From: the human T2T-CHM13v2.0 reference genome, Homo sapiens
NCBI RefSeq assembly: GCF_009914755.1
Contig: NC_060927.1
Strand: one strand, 5' to 3'
DNA: 64,000 nt
Part shown: in pieces, positions 26,738-43,290 of the stretch
Position numbering within the stretch: position 1 is the first letter of the stretch
How the letters are laid out: every line of letters starts with the position of its first letter
Notes under the pieces: generated by a model
Database searches by the model: none
Told to the model about the DNA's origin: nothing
The model's input: the letters and a program-made list of their open reading frames with translations, nothing else
Program-made: the position numbers and the translations under genes

Positions 26738-27549
26738 GCGAGCTTTGAACTTCCCTGAGGCCCTACACTGACCTGAGCAGGGGAATTAAATCTCCCGAGC
26801 CTCACCCGTGTCTTGCCGAGAGCGGGGCGCAGTGCAGCCCTGGAAGGGCGGAGAGAGTGAGGATGGTGCACACCCGAACCAGCTGGGTCGAATCAGCCCC
26901 CTCCCAGGAGGGCGGCGTGGTCTCCTCCTGCCTCATCGTCCCCCTCCCCGTCCTTCACTCCTCCCAGCTAGAATTGGCACCATCCACTCTTCACTCTCCT
27001 TGAGCGAAAAGAAGGGAGACTTGAACACATCTATGCGCCAGGCAGCTTCACTTCTTCATCTGGAAGCTATTTCTAAAAAGGATTTGAAGTGATCACAAAG
27101 GCTTACAAGGGAACTAAAGAAAGATGGGGAAACAAAGACGCACGGGCTAGCACTGAAAATGTCTTAAGACCCTGAACGGTCACTAGACCCGGAGTAGAGA
27201 TAGGACGTTAAACTTCCAAACCCTTAGAGCGTTAAGAAAGACGAGACCGGGAAAACTCCAACAGTCCTTCAGGAATCAGGAACAAAAGACCAAGGCAAGG
27301 GGAAGCAAAAGAGGAAGGGGCAGGGAAGCCATGGTAACTAAAAATAGAAAGGAAGGACAAAAGGAGAAACCACGGAACAGAGCAAAATTACTGCAGACGG
27401 ATTAAACTCCCCTATTAAAAAAAAAAAAAGTAAAAAGCCTAAAACGGCCTATCTACCTAGCTTCTAAGATCCATAGCTGTAACAAAGTGACATTTAGAGT
27501 TTCAAAATAAAGAGGTCAGTGAGGATATACCAGGAAAGGGCTAACATCT

Positions 27550-28480
<931 letters not shown>

Positions 28481-29069
28481 CAGTCTTTTGGGTTCTTCTC
28501 CATGTATAATCATAGTATCTGCAGGTAAATATAACTTTTTCTGCTGTTAGAATTCGTTCTTATACTTTCTTTTTTCCCCAATAATGCAATTGAGCCTTTA
28601 AAACATGTTGAATAATAATGATCATGGTAAGCATCCCTTCTTTGTACTTTCCTAATTTAATGGAAATAGCTTGAGGGTTTCATGGTTTTAGTAAGAAAGA
28701 TATTTGCTATTGACTTCTGGTAAATATTTTTCATCATATTTAAGAAATGTCTTTCTATTCCTACATTACTTTTACTTTTCCAATTTCTTCCTGGGTAACT
28801 GACCTATTTAAATTTTCAATCTCTTTTGATATCAGTTTATGTTTTTCTAGGAATTCAACAATTCCTAGATTTGTTGAAACAAATCTCTAGATTTTCAAGT
28901 TGGGTGCCCTAGGGTTGTATGTAATATTGTCTTATAATTATTTTTCTCTCTTTTTGTATCTGGCATTATATCACCCTCTTAATTTCTAATATTGCTTGCA
29001 TTTGATTTCTTTCATTTGTTCCTAATGGTCGGCAGGGGATATCTATTTATCTTACAAAAATTAGATTTG

Positions 29070-29850
<781 letters not shown>

Positions 29851-29859
29851 TTCGGATTT

Positions 29860-32030
29860 TTTAAAAAAATTCTTTCCATTTATTTTTGACACTTTCACTA
29901 GTTTTGGCATTTACTTTTGCTAATTACCATGACTGAAGTATTTGTTCCATTTTTAATTTTCTAAAATGAGTTCCATATTCCTTTAATTTCAGTTTTCTTT
30001 AACAATGAAGGCATTTAAGACTGTGATTTTTCCTTCGAATATGAGTTTAGCATACCAAAAAATAGGATTCATTGCTTTCTAGATAGTTTTTATTCCAATT
30101 TTGATTTATGTATTGATCCAGGGTTTTTTTATTCTAAGCAGTTAATAGTTTAGTGGTCATCTTTTTATTATTATTCTCTTGTATTCTAAAATATTTATCA
30201 GAAAATACCCTGCAAAAATCTTCACTTTTTTGAATTTTTCAAGCTTTGTTTGTGGCCAAGTACATGACTGATGTCTATCTATCTGTCTATCCATCTATCT
30301 ATCTATCTATCATATCTATCCATCTATATCTATCATCTACCAATGTGTTATTTACATAAGAAAAAAGCATCTTCTATATTTGCATGTTTCACAGTTCTAT
30401 ACACATCTATTAAATTGAGCTGGTTGATTGTAATACTCAGACCTTCTATGTCCTGGCTAATTTTTATCTTCTAGATCTGTCAGATTTTGAAAGATGTAGA
30501 TTAGAATCTTCCACCGCAGTTTACGTGTGCATGTTTTTAAATAACATTCTCCACGTTTCTAACAGTTTTTGCCTTATAGATTTGACTGCCATGATGTTTA
30601 GTGTTTAGAGATTTACGTTTAACATCTTCTTAAAGTGTGCCTTTTATCATTACATATTATCTCTGTCTCATTTAATACTTTTAACCTTCAATTTCATGTT
30701 GTCATTTTAGCTTTTTCTTTGTATTTGCCTGGTATTTCTTTTTTTCTTTCAGAAAACATTTGCTTTATTCATTTGTTAAATTCTTATGGGTTGTCATTCA
30801 TAAGGCACATAGATGTAGGTATTGTGGACACCAGCATATGTTGATTTTACAATATTCTGGGAAACAAATAAATAAATCAATAATTACAATATCCTGAGAC
30901 GTGGATATGACAATTTGGTAAAAATGCTAGACCACATAGAAAGGGCATCTTAAGCAGGCAGAGGGGCTCAAAGAAATCTCCCCAGACGAGGGCAACTTTG
31001 AGCTGAGACAAGATTAATGTGAAAAAGGACTTTCTTCCTAAGTGGTTCTGTTTTATGATGGAAAACTTTCTTTAAAAAAATTTTGAAGATTCATAAATGA
31101 CTGCAGAGCATTTCCTTATGGAACTACTATGGATAATACAGATATTGTAGCATAGTATCTATATTAATCTATATCATCTATGGCAGTTCCACAGGGAAAT
31201 GCCCTGAGGTCATTTATCAGATATCACAATATATGTATGCCTGGTATTTCTTTAACCATCACTTTGTTTTAGATGTGCTTCCTACAAAAATTATACATTT
31301 TAATTTGGTTTTTCAATCCAACCTGAGAGTCTTTATCTTTCATATGAATATTCAGCTCTTTCACACTTAGTGTAACAGCCGATATATTTGATTTTATTCT
31401 TTCCATCTTTTTTTATTTTTACTATTTGTCTTAATTTTTATCTTTTTCCTCTTTTCTAATGTATTTTCATTACTATTCATTTCTTTCTCCCCCTTTGTTA
31501 AATTAGAAGCACTCATGGGCTTTCCTAATCAAAACTAGATTTATTTACTGTTGTATCAAAACATAGCAACAACCTGCTGCCACACCCCCAGGTGCTCACT
31601 GCTTGGGCGCCCTCCTCCCAGTGAGATAAATCCTTTAAAACACCTTTGCTTCCTCACTGTTCCCAAATATTCTCAACTCCTTGTTTTTTTCAAAGACGGT
31701 TCAGTGTTCCTGACTTATAACTAATATTAAGTTTGTCCCTTATGATAAAACCGTTCTTACTTCACACTCATATTACAAATTTTCGCACTATTCTCATCCA
31801 TTTAAATCTAACAATATATAATGCAAACATCATTTCTCAGTAACTGTCTCCCTTTCTTTCTCATATTTCCTTTTGTTGAAGTCTCTAGATTCATTTCTTA
31901 TTTGGTTATTCTTGGCATCTTTCTTTTACTTGACAGGTAAGTGGTCTTTTACCTGTGTATAAGATTCATAGGTCCCTGTCCTTTCTCTTAATATCTGTAG
32001 TTATTAGTCTATCATCCCTTAGACCTTAGG
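29860..32030 (-). mobile_element. Highly decayed L1M, antisense
   Basis: T-rich L1-like text, e.g. 'ttttcaatccaacctgagagtctttatctttc'. Confidence 0.5.
31093..31217. repeat. ~125-bp imperfect inverted repeat (51-bp arms, 41/51 matches)
   Basis: Arms 31093-31143 and 31167-31217 aligned by hand. Confidence 0.9.
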
Positions 32031-32304
32031 GCTGTGGCAAAACAAAACAAAACAAAAACAAACAAACAAACAAAAACCTCCTATCAAGCTAGTAATATAA
32101 GGAAACTTCCTTAATACAGTAAGGTTACCTACAAAAAAAACTTATCACAAACATCATAATTAATGGTACAATGCTGAAACTTTTCACCTTTAGGTCAGGA
32201 ATGAGGCAAGGATGCTCAATTTCACTATTTCCACTTAACATATTATTGTATATCGAAGCCGGTGAGAGAAGGCAAAACAAAGACATAAAAAATTATATTA
32301 TTTA

Positions 32305-32624
<320 letters not shown>

Positions 32625-32884
32625 TTAAAAGAAGGAAATAAAACTATCATTAGCTGTAGGCAGTGTGACTGTGTATGTAAACATTCTAGAACAATCTAAA
32701 GATAATATGTTTAATTTAATGAATGGATTTAACAAGAATGCTGGCTCCAAGGTTGATATACCAAATATAGCACTGATTTGTAGCTCACTATTATTGCCAC
32801 GTGTAACAACAGGAAATAATCCCACAAACATAATACAGAGAGAAAGGAGCAAAGGATTAAAACAAATACAGCATCATCTCATTC

Positions 32885-33184
<300 letters not shown>

Positions 33185-33368
33185 TCATTCTATTTGAATA
33201 ATATATTTTTTTAAACTAAGATATATTGTTTAGAGATATACATATACTGTTTATTACAGAAATCAGGTATTTCAGAAATTAGAAATCCCTCCCTGGTGGG
33301 GAGGGAGATTATTGTCTATAAGGGGCACAATGGAGCAGGAGGAGCAGTTCTAAGGTGTTGACAATGGC

Positions 33369-33672
33369 TTTTTTTTTTTTTTTTTTTTTGAGACGGAGTC
33401 TCGCTCTGTCGCCCAGGCTGGAGTTCAGTGGCGCGATCTCGGCTCACCACAACCTCCACCTCCTGGGTTCACGCCATTCTCCTGCCTCAGCCTCCTGAGT
33501 AGCTGAGACTACAGGCGCCCGCCACCATGCCCGGCTAATTTTTTTTGTATTTTTAGTAGAGACGGGGTTTCACCGTGTTAGCCAGGATGGTCTCGATCTC
33601 CTGACCTCGCAATCCGCCTGCCTTGGCCTCCCAAAATGCTGGGATTACAGGCGTGAGCCACCGCGCCCGGCC
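33369..33672 (-). mobile_element. AluY-like
   Basis: Reverse full-length Alu. Confidence 0.95.
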
Positions 33673-33878
33673 CGACAATATTTTATTTCTCTACCTGGGT
33701 TGTAGTTACACAACTGTTCACTTTATATTTATCATAAGCCATATATATGTGTGTATATATATATGCGTATGTATAAAATCCTAGTTTTCTATATAGAGAT
33801 ATATACCATGTTTATCAATAGGAAGACTCAATATCATAAAGTTGTCTACTTCCCCAAATTAGTCTATGAAGTTACTGG

Positions 33879-34190
33879 TTTTTTGGTTTGTTTGTTTTTG
33901 AGATAGCATCTCACCCTGTCACCCAGACTAGAGTGCAGTGGCGTGAGCATGGCTCACTGCAGCCTTAAACTCCTGGGCTCAAGCCACCCTCCCACCTCAG
34001 CCTCTGGAGCAGCTGGGACTACAGGTGAACGCCACCAAGCCAGGCTAAGTTTTTTTTTTTTTTTAATTTTTGTAGAGATGGGGCCTTGCTATGTTGCACA
34101 GACTGGCCTTGAACTCCTGGCCTCAAATGATCCTTCTGCCTCGGCCTCCCAAAGTGCTGGGATTATAGGTGTGAGCTACCGTGCCTGGCC
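33879..34190 (-). mobile_element. AluJ
   Basis: Reverse Alu; TSD tgaagttactgg. Confidence 0.9.
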
Positions 34191-35301
34191 CTGAAGTTAC
34201 TGGGTTTTTTTTTTCTTTTTCTTTTTTATTATTATTATTTTTTTACCGCTTATCCTCAAGTTCTATGAAGTTACTGTTTTAATCAAAATTCCCAACAAAG
34301 ATTTTTATAGAACTGGTATGCTAACTTTAAAAAAATGTACATTTCACAATAAAAATGCATGTAAAGTACTATAATAAAAGATGAAACAATTTTAAAAATA
34401 GAACTCTTGGAGTGGGGAAAGCCTTTCTAAGTAAAGGACAAAACTCAGAAGACAAAAAAGGAAAAATAGAACATGTGCAAATACATTAAAGCAAAATTCT
34501 GTATGGAAAAAACAAAAAAAGTAAAAAAAAATGAAAAGTTAGAAAAAATACGGCAACTCATATGTTATATAAATAGCTAATTTCCTCAATATATAGTTAG
34601 CTCTTACTATCAACATAGGAATAAATACAGCCCAAAAGAAAATCAGCATACAGCAAGAAAAGATGTATAAATGGCTTAAAGACATACAAAAAGATGGGTT
34701 CTATTTCAACCATAATTAAGAAAATGCATATTAAAGAAAAAATAAGTTCTTCATTTTAAAATTTGATAATATAAAGTGTTAGCGTGAATGAGGGCAATGC
34801 AGATAGGCAATTCTCATGCGTTTGTTGGAATTGTAAATTGTTGCAATCTTTTTAGAGAGCGATTTGGCAGTCTATCAAAATTACACATGCATTTATTCTC
34901 TGCCCATTCCTATAGGGATGCTCCCATTGTTGTAAAGCTGTATGTATAAGAATGATGATTGCAGTGTTGTTTGTTATTGCAAAAGACTGGACACAAGTTA
35001 ACAGGGAACTGGAAAATGAACTGTGTAGTTATTTTTAAAATGAGCTAAACTTTATGCACTAACATGGGAAGATTACAAAGGGAAAAGCAAAGTGCTGAAC
35101 TGTATTTTATACTTTAATTGGTGTCAAAAAAATGGATGGGATAGATTTGGAGAGAATATAATCATATGCATAATTGTAGGAGACTACAATATTTCTGGAA
35201 GGCTACACAAGAACCTGTAAGCAGCGGAAGCCTGCTGGTGGGGGAGCCGATAACCTGAGGTGGGCAGGTGGGCAGCTGAGTTCCATTTGTACGCTTTGTA
35301 C

Positions 35302-35430
35302 TTTTTTTTTAAGAGATGGGGATCTTGCTGTGTTACCCAGGCTGAAGTGCAGTGGCTATTCACAGGCGCCATCATGGTGCACTACAGCCTCAAACTCCTA
35401 GGCTTAAGTGATCCTCCTGCCTCAGCTTTC
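35302..35430 (-). mobile_element. Alu monomer (FLAM/FAM-like)
   Basis: 'gtgcagtggctattcacaggcgccatcatggtgcactacagcctc'. Confidence 0.75.
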
Positions 35431-38099
35431 TAACGTGACTACACTGTGCTCATGTCATTTTCCATTTTTTATAAATCTATTGCCCTATATTCTCGCTCTG
35501 TCTCTCTGTCTCCGTTTCTATTTGCCTCTCTATTACACACACATAAACTTTGTAAATTCTTAAGTGCATAAAAATTCTCCTGCTTTCTTCCTTTCTCCAA
35601 AGGTTCTAATACTTTTTGTCAAACTGGAGAAAACTCACTGTAGAGGCCATCTTCCCATGACCCCAATCTGCATGTTGATACAAATCATTAAATACTTTTA
35701 AGGATTATAACTGAAAAGGTTTACAATTAAAACCATACGTAAAGGTGTTGTTTTCCAATTATGAAAGTAAATCCTGGAGACTGCTGAAATTTTATAGAAA
35801 TCAAGTATCTAGGAATAAATGTAACAAAAGATGTTAGATATATATGAAAAACTTTATTGAAGGATTTTGAAGAAGACCTAAATAAATGAGACATATTCCA
35901 TGGTTATCAATAGGAAGACTCAATATCATGAAGATGTCAGTTTCCCTAAATTAACCTAGGAAGTCATTGTTTAAATCAAAATCCCAACAAAATGTTTATA
36001 GAACTGACAAGCTAATTCTAAAATATGTATGAAAATGCAGAGAACTCCAAATAGTTGAGATAGTCTTGAAAAAAAAATGTATGAATACATGCTCATCCAG
36101 AAATCAAGACTTATTATCAAGTTATAGTATGTGAGAGTGCAGTATTGCTAGAGGACAGAACAATGTAACAAAATAGAGAACCCAGAAACAGACCACCACT
36201 TACTGGGAAATTTGATTTATGGCAAAGCCAGCATTGCAGATGACTGGAAAAGGATGAGCTGTCCAATAAATGCTTTGACAATTATTATCCAATGAGAAAG
36301 ATGATCTCTCCACCACACCTTTACAAAGAATCAAATCCAGATAGATGTAAGACCAAATATAAAACGACAAAATTTAAAAACTTTTAGAAGAAAGTGTAGG
36401 GAAACTTATATCTTGGAAGAGGAAAAGGTACTTTAACCATGTCAACCAAAGTACAAACTTTAAAGAAAGAGGTAAATTAGAATATGTGCAGATGTAAATT
36501 TTCTGTGTCTTGAAAGACATCACAAATAGTTATAAGATAAGCCATGGAGTGAATGACAATATTTGCAACTCATCCATCTGATGAAAGATTAAGATACAAA
36601 ATTTATAAAGAATTCTTAAAAACCAACAAGAAAATGTCAACAACCAATAGAAAAATAGGAAAAAGTTATGATCAAGACTTTACAGTATAAAAAATACCAA
36701 TAAACATAGGAACAAATGCCTGACCTCTAACCCCATGGTAATTAGGGAAATGCAAATTTAAACCATGAGAAGTAACCACACCCATTACACTGGAAAAGAA
36801 CTGACGTGATGAGAGGCAGTGTTGAGGGCTGGGAGTGTTACTACAATGACTCATCTGCTGCTGGCAAGATCGCTTTGGAGAACGACTGGGCAGTAATTTG
36901 TAGCACTGAAGTTAGGCATCCCTTGCAATGTCTGTGGCCAATGCTAGGTGCACTCCATAGAAACTCACATGTGCACAAGAAGACACAGACCAGAATGTTC
37001 ATCGCGGCACTGTTTGTAATAAGAACAAAATGGAAACATTCTAAATTTTCACAGCAGGAGAATGGATCAATACATTTAGTATGATATTAACAAGTCTACT
37101 ATACTGCAGTGAAAATGATTTTTTATTTCTTAAAAAACAACAAACATATGTAGGGCCATGTGCCAGGCTCTGCTCTACGTTTTTGAGAAATATTAAGTCA
37201 TATTTACTGAATGAACCAGAGCCAGATTCATCAACATGAGTCGACATGGATGAATCCCCAGAGCACCAAGTTGACTTAAAAAAGCAAGTCAAAGGAGTGT
37301 GCATAATACTTTGTCATATATGTCAAGTTTGAAATACTTATATAATGTTTAGGAATCCACTCATATGTAATAAAGATAGTGAGAAGTCACCTCAGGGATG
37401 AGGGTGAGGAAGGTGGTGAAGAGGGTCCCTAAGGGGCTTCAGCAGTGAGGTTGCTCCATTCCCCATGATTATTGATGGGTAAGTTCTTCTCTATACCTTG
37501 ATATGTATCTGAAATAGTTCATAAAAAAGTTTTTTCAAAAGAAAAAAAAAGCACCCATTCCTATTTAAAATGTATTTCTTCCAGTCTTTCCACTATGCTT
37601 AGTTTATATACTTGTGATTATCTTGTGTATACAAACTCACCTTGTGCCTTTTACAGAATAAGAAAATTTCCTTATACTATCGAAAACTTTTCAGAAATGT
37701 TATCAATGACAGAATGATATCACAACTGTGGATACACCATAATGTATTTATCAGTGCCCAACTAGTTGATTCCAATTTTAGATAATTTTTTTTCTCATTT
37801 TTCAGTGCAAAGAATGTCTGTGTCCATAAAAGCTTTGGGGGAATATTTGGGATTATTTCTTCTGATGCATGACCACTACTAGAATCACAATATCAAACAG
37901 TGTGAGCATTCAAAGACTCTAACTCTGTATTATTACATTTTGCCAAAACAGCTAGACCAGTTCCGCCCCCCTCCCCCGTCCCTGACTGTGCCCGGATCAC
38001 TCCACTTCCTCTGTAGCTCTGTCAGCCCTAAACAGTTTCCTTTTAAAAAGCCCTTACTATTTTGATCGGTGACAATGGAAGCTTATTTGTATTGTTTTG

Positions 38100-39000
38100 A
38101 GAACACCCCCCACAAACGCACGTAAAACCTCTATAAAGGGAGAACCGCCTTGCTGCTGAGGGCGCGGTGGGACCCGTCGCAGGGCCAGCTGCTCCGGCAG
38201 GTGCCCCCAAAGGGTCCCGCAGGTGATCCTCGGGGACTGAGCGCCCATCGCCCTTCCTACGCGCTCAGATCCGCCGAGCCCAGCGCCCGCCAGAGCCCAG
38301 AGAGTCCTCGGGGTCAGAGTGGTCACGTCACCGTCATTCTTTTCCTGCCCGACTAGTCGCTCTGGGCTCCCCGGGGCCGGGGGCCGGGGGCCGAGCCGCC
38401 GCCCCGATTCCGGCTTCACCCGCCCGCAGCGCGCGGCGCCCCGCGCTCCATTCGCGCTACCTGGCGGCTGGCAGGCTGCCCCACCCCACCGCGGGCCACA
38501 CACAGCCAGGGTGGGACCCCGGCCGCTTTCTCTTTCCCAGGGAGAGGACTGGAATTTGGGGGGGAGGTGGGAATTGAGGAAGTCGGGAAGGGAGGAGTAG
38601 AGAGGTGGGTGAGAAGGGGGAGGATGCTTCTAGAAGGCGGGTGAGGGAGCTGGGGAGGCCAGGAAGGGGAGGAAGGGGTAAGAGGTGCGGGAGGGCCTAA
38701 CGGGGAGACTCCGGGGGCAATCAGTGGGTATTCACAGGGAGCTGGGCGCGAGCATCAGCGGGATGAAAGGCAGGTCAGGGCTTGCCCGTCAGGTCCGGAC
38801 TGCGCCCTGGAGGGGCTCCCAGTAGAGCCTGCGCAGGAGCGCGGGGAGCGCGCAGCCCAGGCCTCTGGCCAGGTGGAGCAAGAGGAGGGCGGAGGTGGAC
38901 AGCGCATCTCGCCCGTGGAGGACGGGCAAGGACGCCGCCTGCCCAGCTGTTGGAGTCTCCTGGGCACGGACTGAGGGGGAGGGTCTGAAGAGCCCAGAGA
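38100..39000. promoter_or_regulatory. CpG island / candidate promoter
   Basis: Very dense CpG; TATAAA at 38132-38137; TACGTG (minus) at 38119-38124; TGACGTGA (minus) at 38323-38330; GC boxes. Confidence 0.8.
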
Positions 39001-39486
39001 TCCCAGAGGGACCAGCTTCTTGTTACAGGGAAAATCCTCACCACCGAGAGATGCAATGAGTGAATCACGGTCTAGCCCTGTTTGGGAGACTCTGTGGCCA
39101 TTAAAAATGGCGATGCTCCCCAGAGTGTGTGGGGCACAGGAATCCTCTAGGGGGCTTACGAAAATGCAGATTCCGGTTCGGGCCTGACATTCTGCTCTTC
39201 TCACAAGCCCCCTGGCTCCTGCTATTGATGTAGAGCTAGCTTTAGATTGTACGGTAAAGGGAAAACCAGTAGGTGTGGGATGAGCCCATTTTGGTTCTTT
39301 GAAAAATGTGTTTCTTACACAAACACACAAACACATATACATATGCAGGAAATAAGATGCAAAAAACAAGAAAACACCAACTATGTTTTTCCCTAAGAGA
39401 TGGGATTCTAGTCGATCTAAATTTTCTACTTTTTGCTTATCTCTATTTCCTGAATTTTCTTCAGTAAACATACATTCCTATTGTAA

Positions 39487-39923
<437 letters not shown>

Positions 39924-39992
39924 TTTCCTTCTGGGGATGGGGCAGGGCCCCTCTTTGGAATGGGGTCCTATGAACTACAATCAAACAAAGTA

Positions 39993-40629
<637 letters not shown>

Positions 40630-40865
40630 ACATCTCTGGTTTCTATGATCTGTCTTGGGGAAGAAAGATTCTAGTTTCTAGGGCTAGCTGCAGGGGAGAA
40701 TGAGGGGCCAGAGACAGGAGGACAGGAGAAGATCAGAGAAAAACTTTTGCATCTGAGGCCTTCATTTAGGCTCATTTTGTTTTCTGATCCCCAATGAGAG
40801 AAATCAGGCAGACGTTTCCAGATTTCCCTCAATTGGAATTAATTGCTCCTCCTGTGCCCTATACT

Positions 40866-41084
40866 CCTCTGCCTCCCAGGTTCAAGCGATTCTCCTGCCT
40901 CAGCCTCCGGAGTAGCTGGGATTACAGGCGCACGCCACCACGCCCAGCTAATTTTTGTATATTTGGTAGAGACAGGGCTTCACCACATTGGCCAGGCTGG
41001 TCTCGAACTCCTGACCTCAGGTGATCCGCTTGCCTCGGCCTCCCAAAGTGCTGGGATTATATGCATGAGCCACTGCGCCGAGCC
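40866..41084 (-). mobile_element. AluS lacking its 3' end and tail
   Basis: Begins abruptly at 'cctctgcctcccaggttcaagcg'. Confidence 0.9.
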
Positions 41085-41474
41085 TCTAGCACCTAATTTC
41101 TTAATTTAGAAACTTAACTTTCTTATTATCAATAAAACACTAGCTTCAAATTCAGAAGCCCACTCTTCCAGTTCCACATCACTGAAACTCTGTTTTCTCA
41201 TGTATGAGCTTGGGGTGGTGGAATCTCTCTTGTACAGCTCAAGCTCCAGTGAGGGGAGAGATGGGTTCTCTATGAGTGAAGCCAGGTGCATGGGGTGGGT
41301 GATGGTGAGGATGGTGGTGGGGATGTGATGATGGTGATGTTGACTGTATTTGTTTAAATGAAGGGCTGATAATGTGAATAAGAAATCTAGAACCTGATTC
41401 CTGGGAATTAACTGGTTATCCCTGAAATGGTCTTTTTCTTCTCTGGACATCTCTATACAATACAAAACACTTTT

Positions 41475-41788
41475 GGCCGGGTGTGGTGGCTCATGCCTGT
41501 AATCCCAGCACTTTGGGAGGCTGAGGTGGGTAGATCGCTTGAGCCCAGGAGCTTGAGACCATCCTGGAAAAAATGGCAAAACCCTGTCTCTACAAAAAAT
41601 ACAAAATTAGCCGGGCATGGTGGCACGTGCCTATAGTCCCAGCTATTCAGGAGGCTGAGGCAGGAGGATCGCTTAAGCCTGGGAGGTGAAGACTGCAGTG
41701 AGCAGTGTGCAGTGATCACACCACCACACTCCAGCCTGGGTGACAGAGCAAGACCCTGTCTGGAAAAAAAAGAAAGAAAGAAAGAAAA
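41475..41788 (+). mobile_element. AluJ
   Basis: Full-length; TSD aaaaca(c/g)tttt. Confidence 0.9.
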
Positions 41789-42689
41789 CAGTTTTATTAA
41801 GTTCCCCCTCAGTCTTCGGAAAGTTTTAGTCTATCAGACAAGTGGCATTTTTTAACTCATAATTTTTCATATTTTTATTAATCAAAGTCATTTGTAACTA
41901 CCAGAGCTTTTAGTCAACCTGAAATGCAATATAACCACACTGAGCAGGTGCAATTCTATGCAAAAGAAAATTGACATTTTAGTTGACCTGTGCAGCTTTG
42001 TAAGAGGTAATTCTTTCATTGTTGTAAAGGCTTTTAAAATGGTGAAAAAGGCCCATGGATTCCCTAAGAATCTATCCTTAAAGAAACTGTGCATTGCAGA
42101 AGATAAAATGTATTTACAGAGATGTTTGCTGCATTATTTATTATGACTTAAACAGTAGAAACACACTAAATATTCATCTGTAAATAAATTAGGGCTTATT
42201 TGCATATTTGCACAATGGCATGCTTTGCAGCCATTAAAAGTTATGTTCGGTCTTAGGGTGGAGAAAGATTTCCAATGCGGGGCACCAAACCCAGAAGCCA
42301 TTAGGGAAAAGCTGACAGATTTGACACCATAAATATTAAAAAGCTTGTCCTTGAAAGACATCATAAACAAAGTAAAAATACAAGTGCCAAACTGAGATAA
42401 AATATGCAAGAGGAAAAATATTAAATCCACATATTTTTATTTTCCCTGTAAATCACACTCTTTCAGCTTCTCCTCCCCAAGGCTGAGCCATGAAGCTCAT
42501 TGCCCAGGGAAAGAAGGGCAGGTACTGCCTGGGACAGAGGCACCCTTGAGAGACTTTCTTAACTTTCCTTAACCCATTTAGCAAGACCAGAGGCTCAAAT
42601 GCAAGCCTTTATGGAAAAAAGAAAAGGAATGATTTTGATTTTATCCTGAAGCTCGTCCTCTAATAGATCAAGGCTCAACCTTGGTGGAC

Positions 42690-43096
42690 TTTTTTTTTGA
42701 GACAGAGTCTCACTCTGTCGCCCAGGCTGGAGTGCAATGGAGTGATCCCGGCTCACTGCAACTTCTTTTTTTTTTTTTAATTATACTTTAAGTTCTAGGG
42801 TACATGTGCACAACGTGCAGGTTTGTTACATATGTATACATGTGCCACGTTGGTGTGCTGCACCCATTAATTCACTGCAACTTCTGCCACCCACGTTCAA
42901 GCAATTCTCCTGCCTCAGCCTCCCGAGTAGCTGGGATTACAGGCATGCGCCACCATGCCTGGCTAATTTTTATTTTAGTAGAGATGCGGTTTCGCTATGT
43001 GGGTCAGGCTGGTCTGGAACTCCTGACTTCAGGTGATCTGCCCGCCTCAGCCTCCCAAAGTGCTGGGATTACAGGCGTGAGCCGCCGCACCTGGCC
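42690..43096 (-). mobile_element. AluS carrying a nested L1PA insertion
   Basis: Reverse Alu; TSD aaccttggt(g/a)ga. Confidence 0.9.
42767..42871 (-). mobile_element. 105-bp 5'-truncated L1PA (L1PA4-like) 3' end
   Basis: Reverse complement reads '...gtaacaaacctgcacgttgtgcacatgtaccctagaacttaaagtataat(A)n'; 14-bp TSD tcactgcaacttct at 42753-42766 and 42872-42885. Confidence 0.95.
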
Positions 43097-43190
43097 AACC
43101 TTGGTAGATTTAATCATGAAAGTCCACATGGGAGATGCGCTATCAAGAGGAAGTGGAAAAATGCCCCCCTTCCCTGGGAGGGTTGTAGGG

Positions 43191-43290
43191 GGAGGAGGAA
43201 GATGGAGCGGGGAGGAGGAAGATGGAGGGGGGAGGAGGAAGTTGGAGGGGGGAGGAGGAAGATGGAAGGGGGAAGAGGAAGATGGAGCAG
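43191..43290. repeat. 20-bp purine-rich tandem repeat x5 (ggaggaggaagatggagggg)
   Basis: Seen directly. Confidence 0.9.

Larger units (their letters stand above)
26140..26950. promoter_or_regulatory. CpG island with E-boxes, a 22-bp minisatellite and a CTCF motif
   Basis: Dense CpG; CACGTG at 26146-26151; CACGCGTG at 26203-26210. Confidence 0.8.

Noticed and set aside
38898-38906. RE1/REST right half-site GGACAGCGC (and a left half TTCAGCACC near 21792)
   Set aside because: Isolated half-sites without their partners
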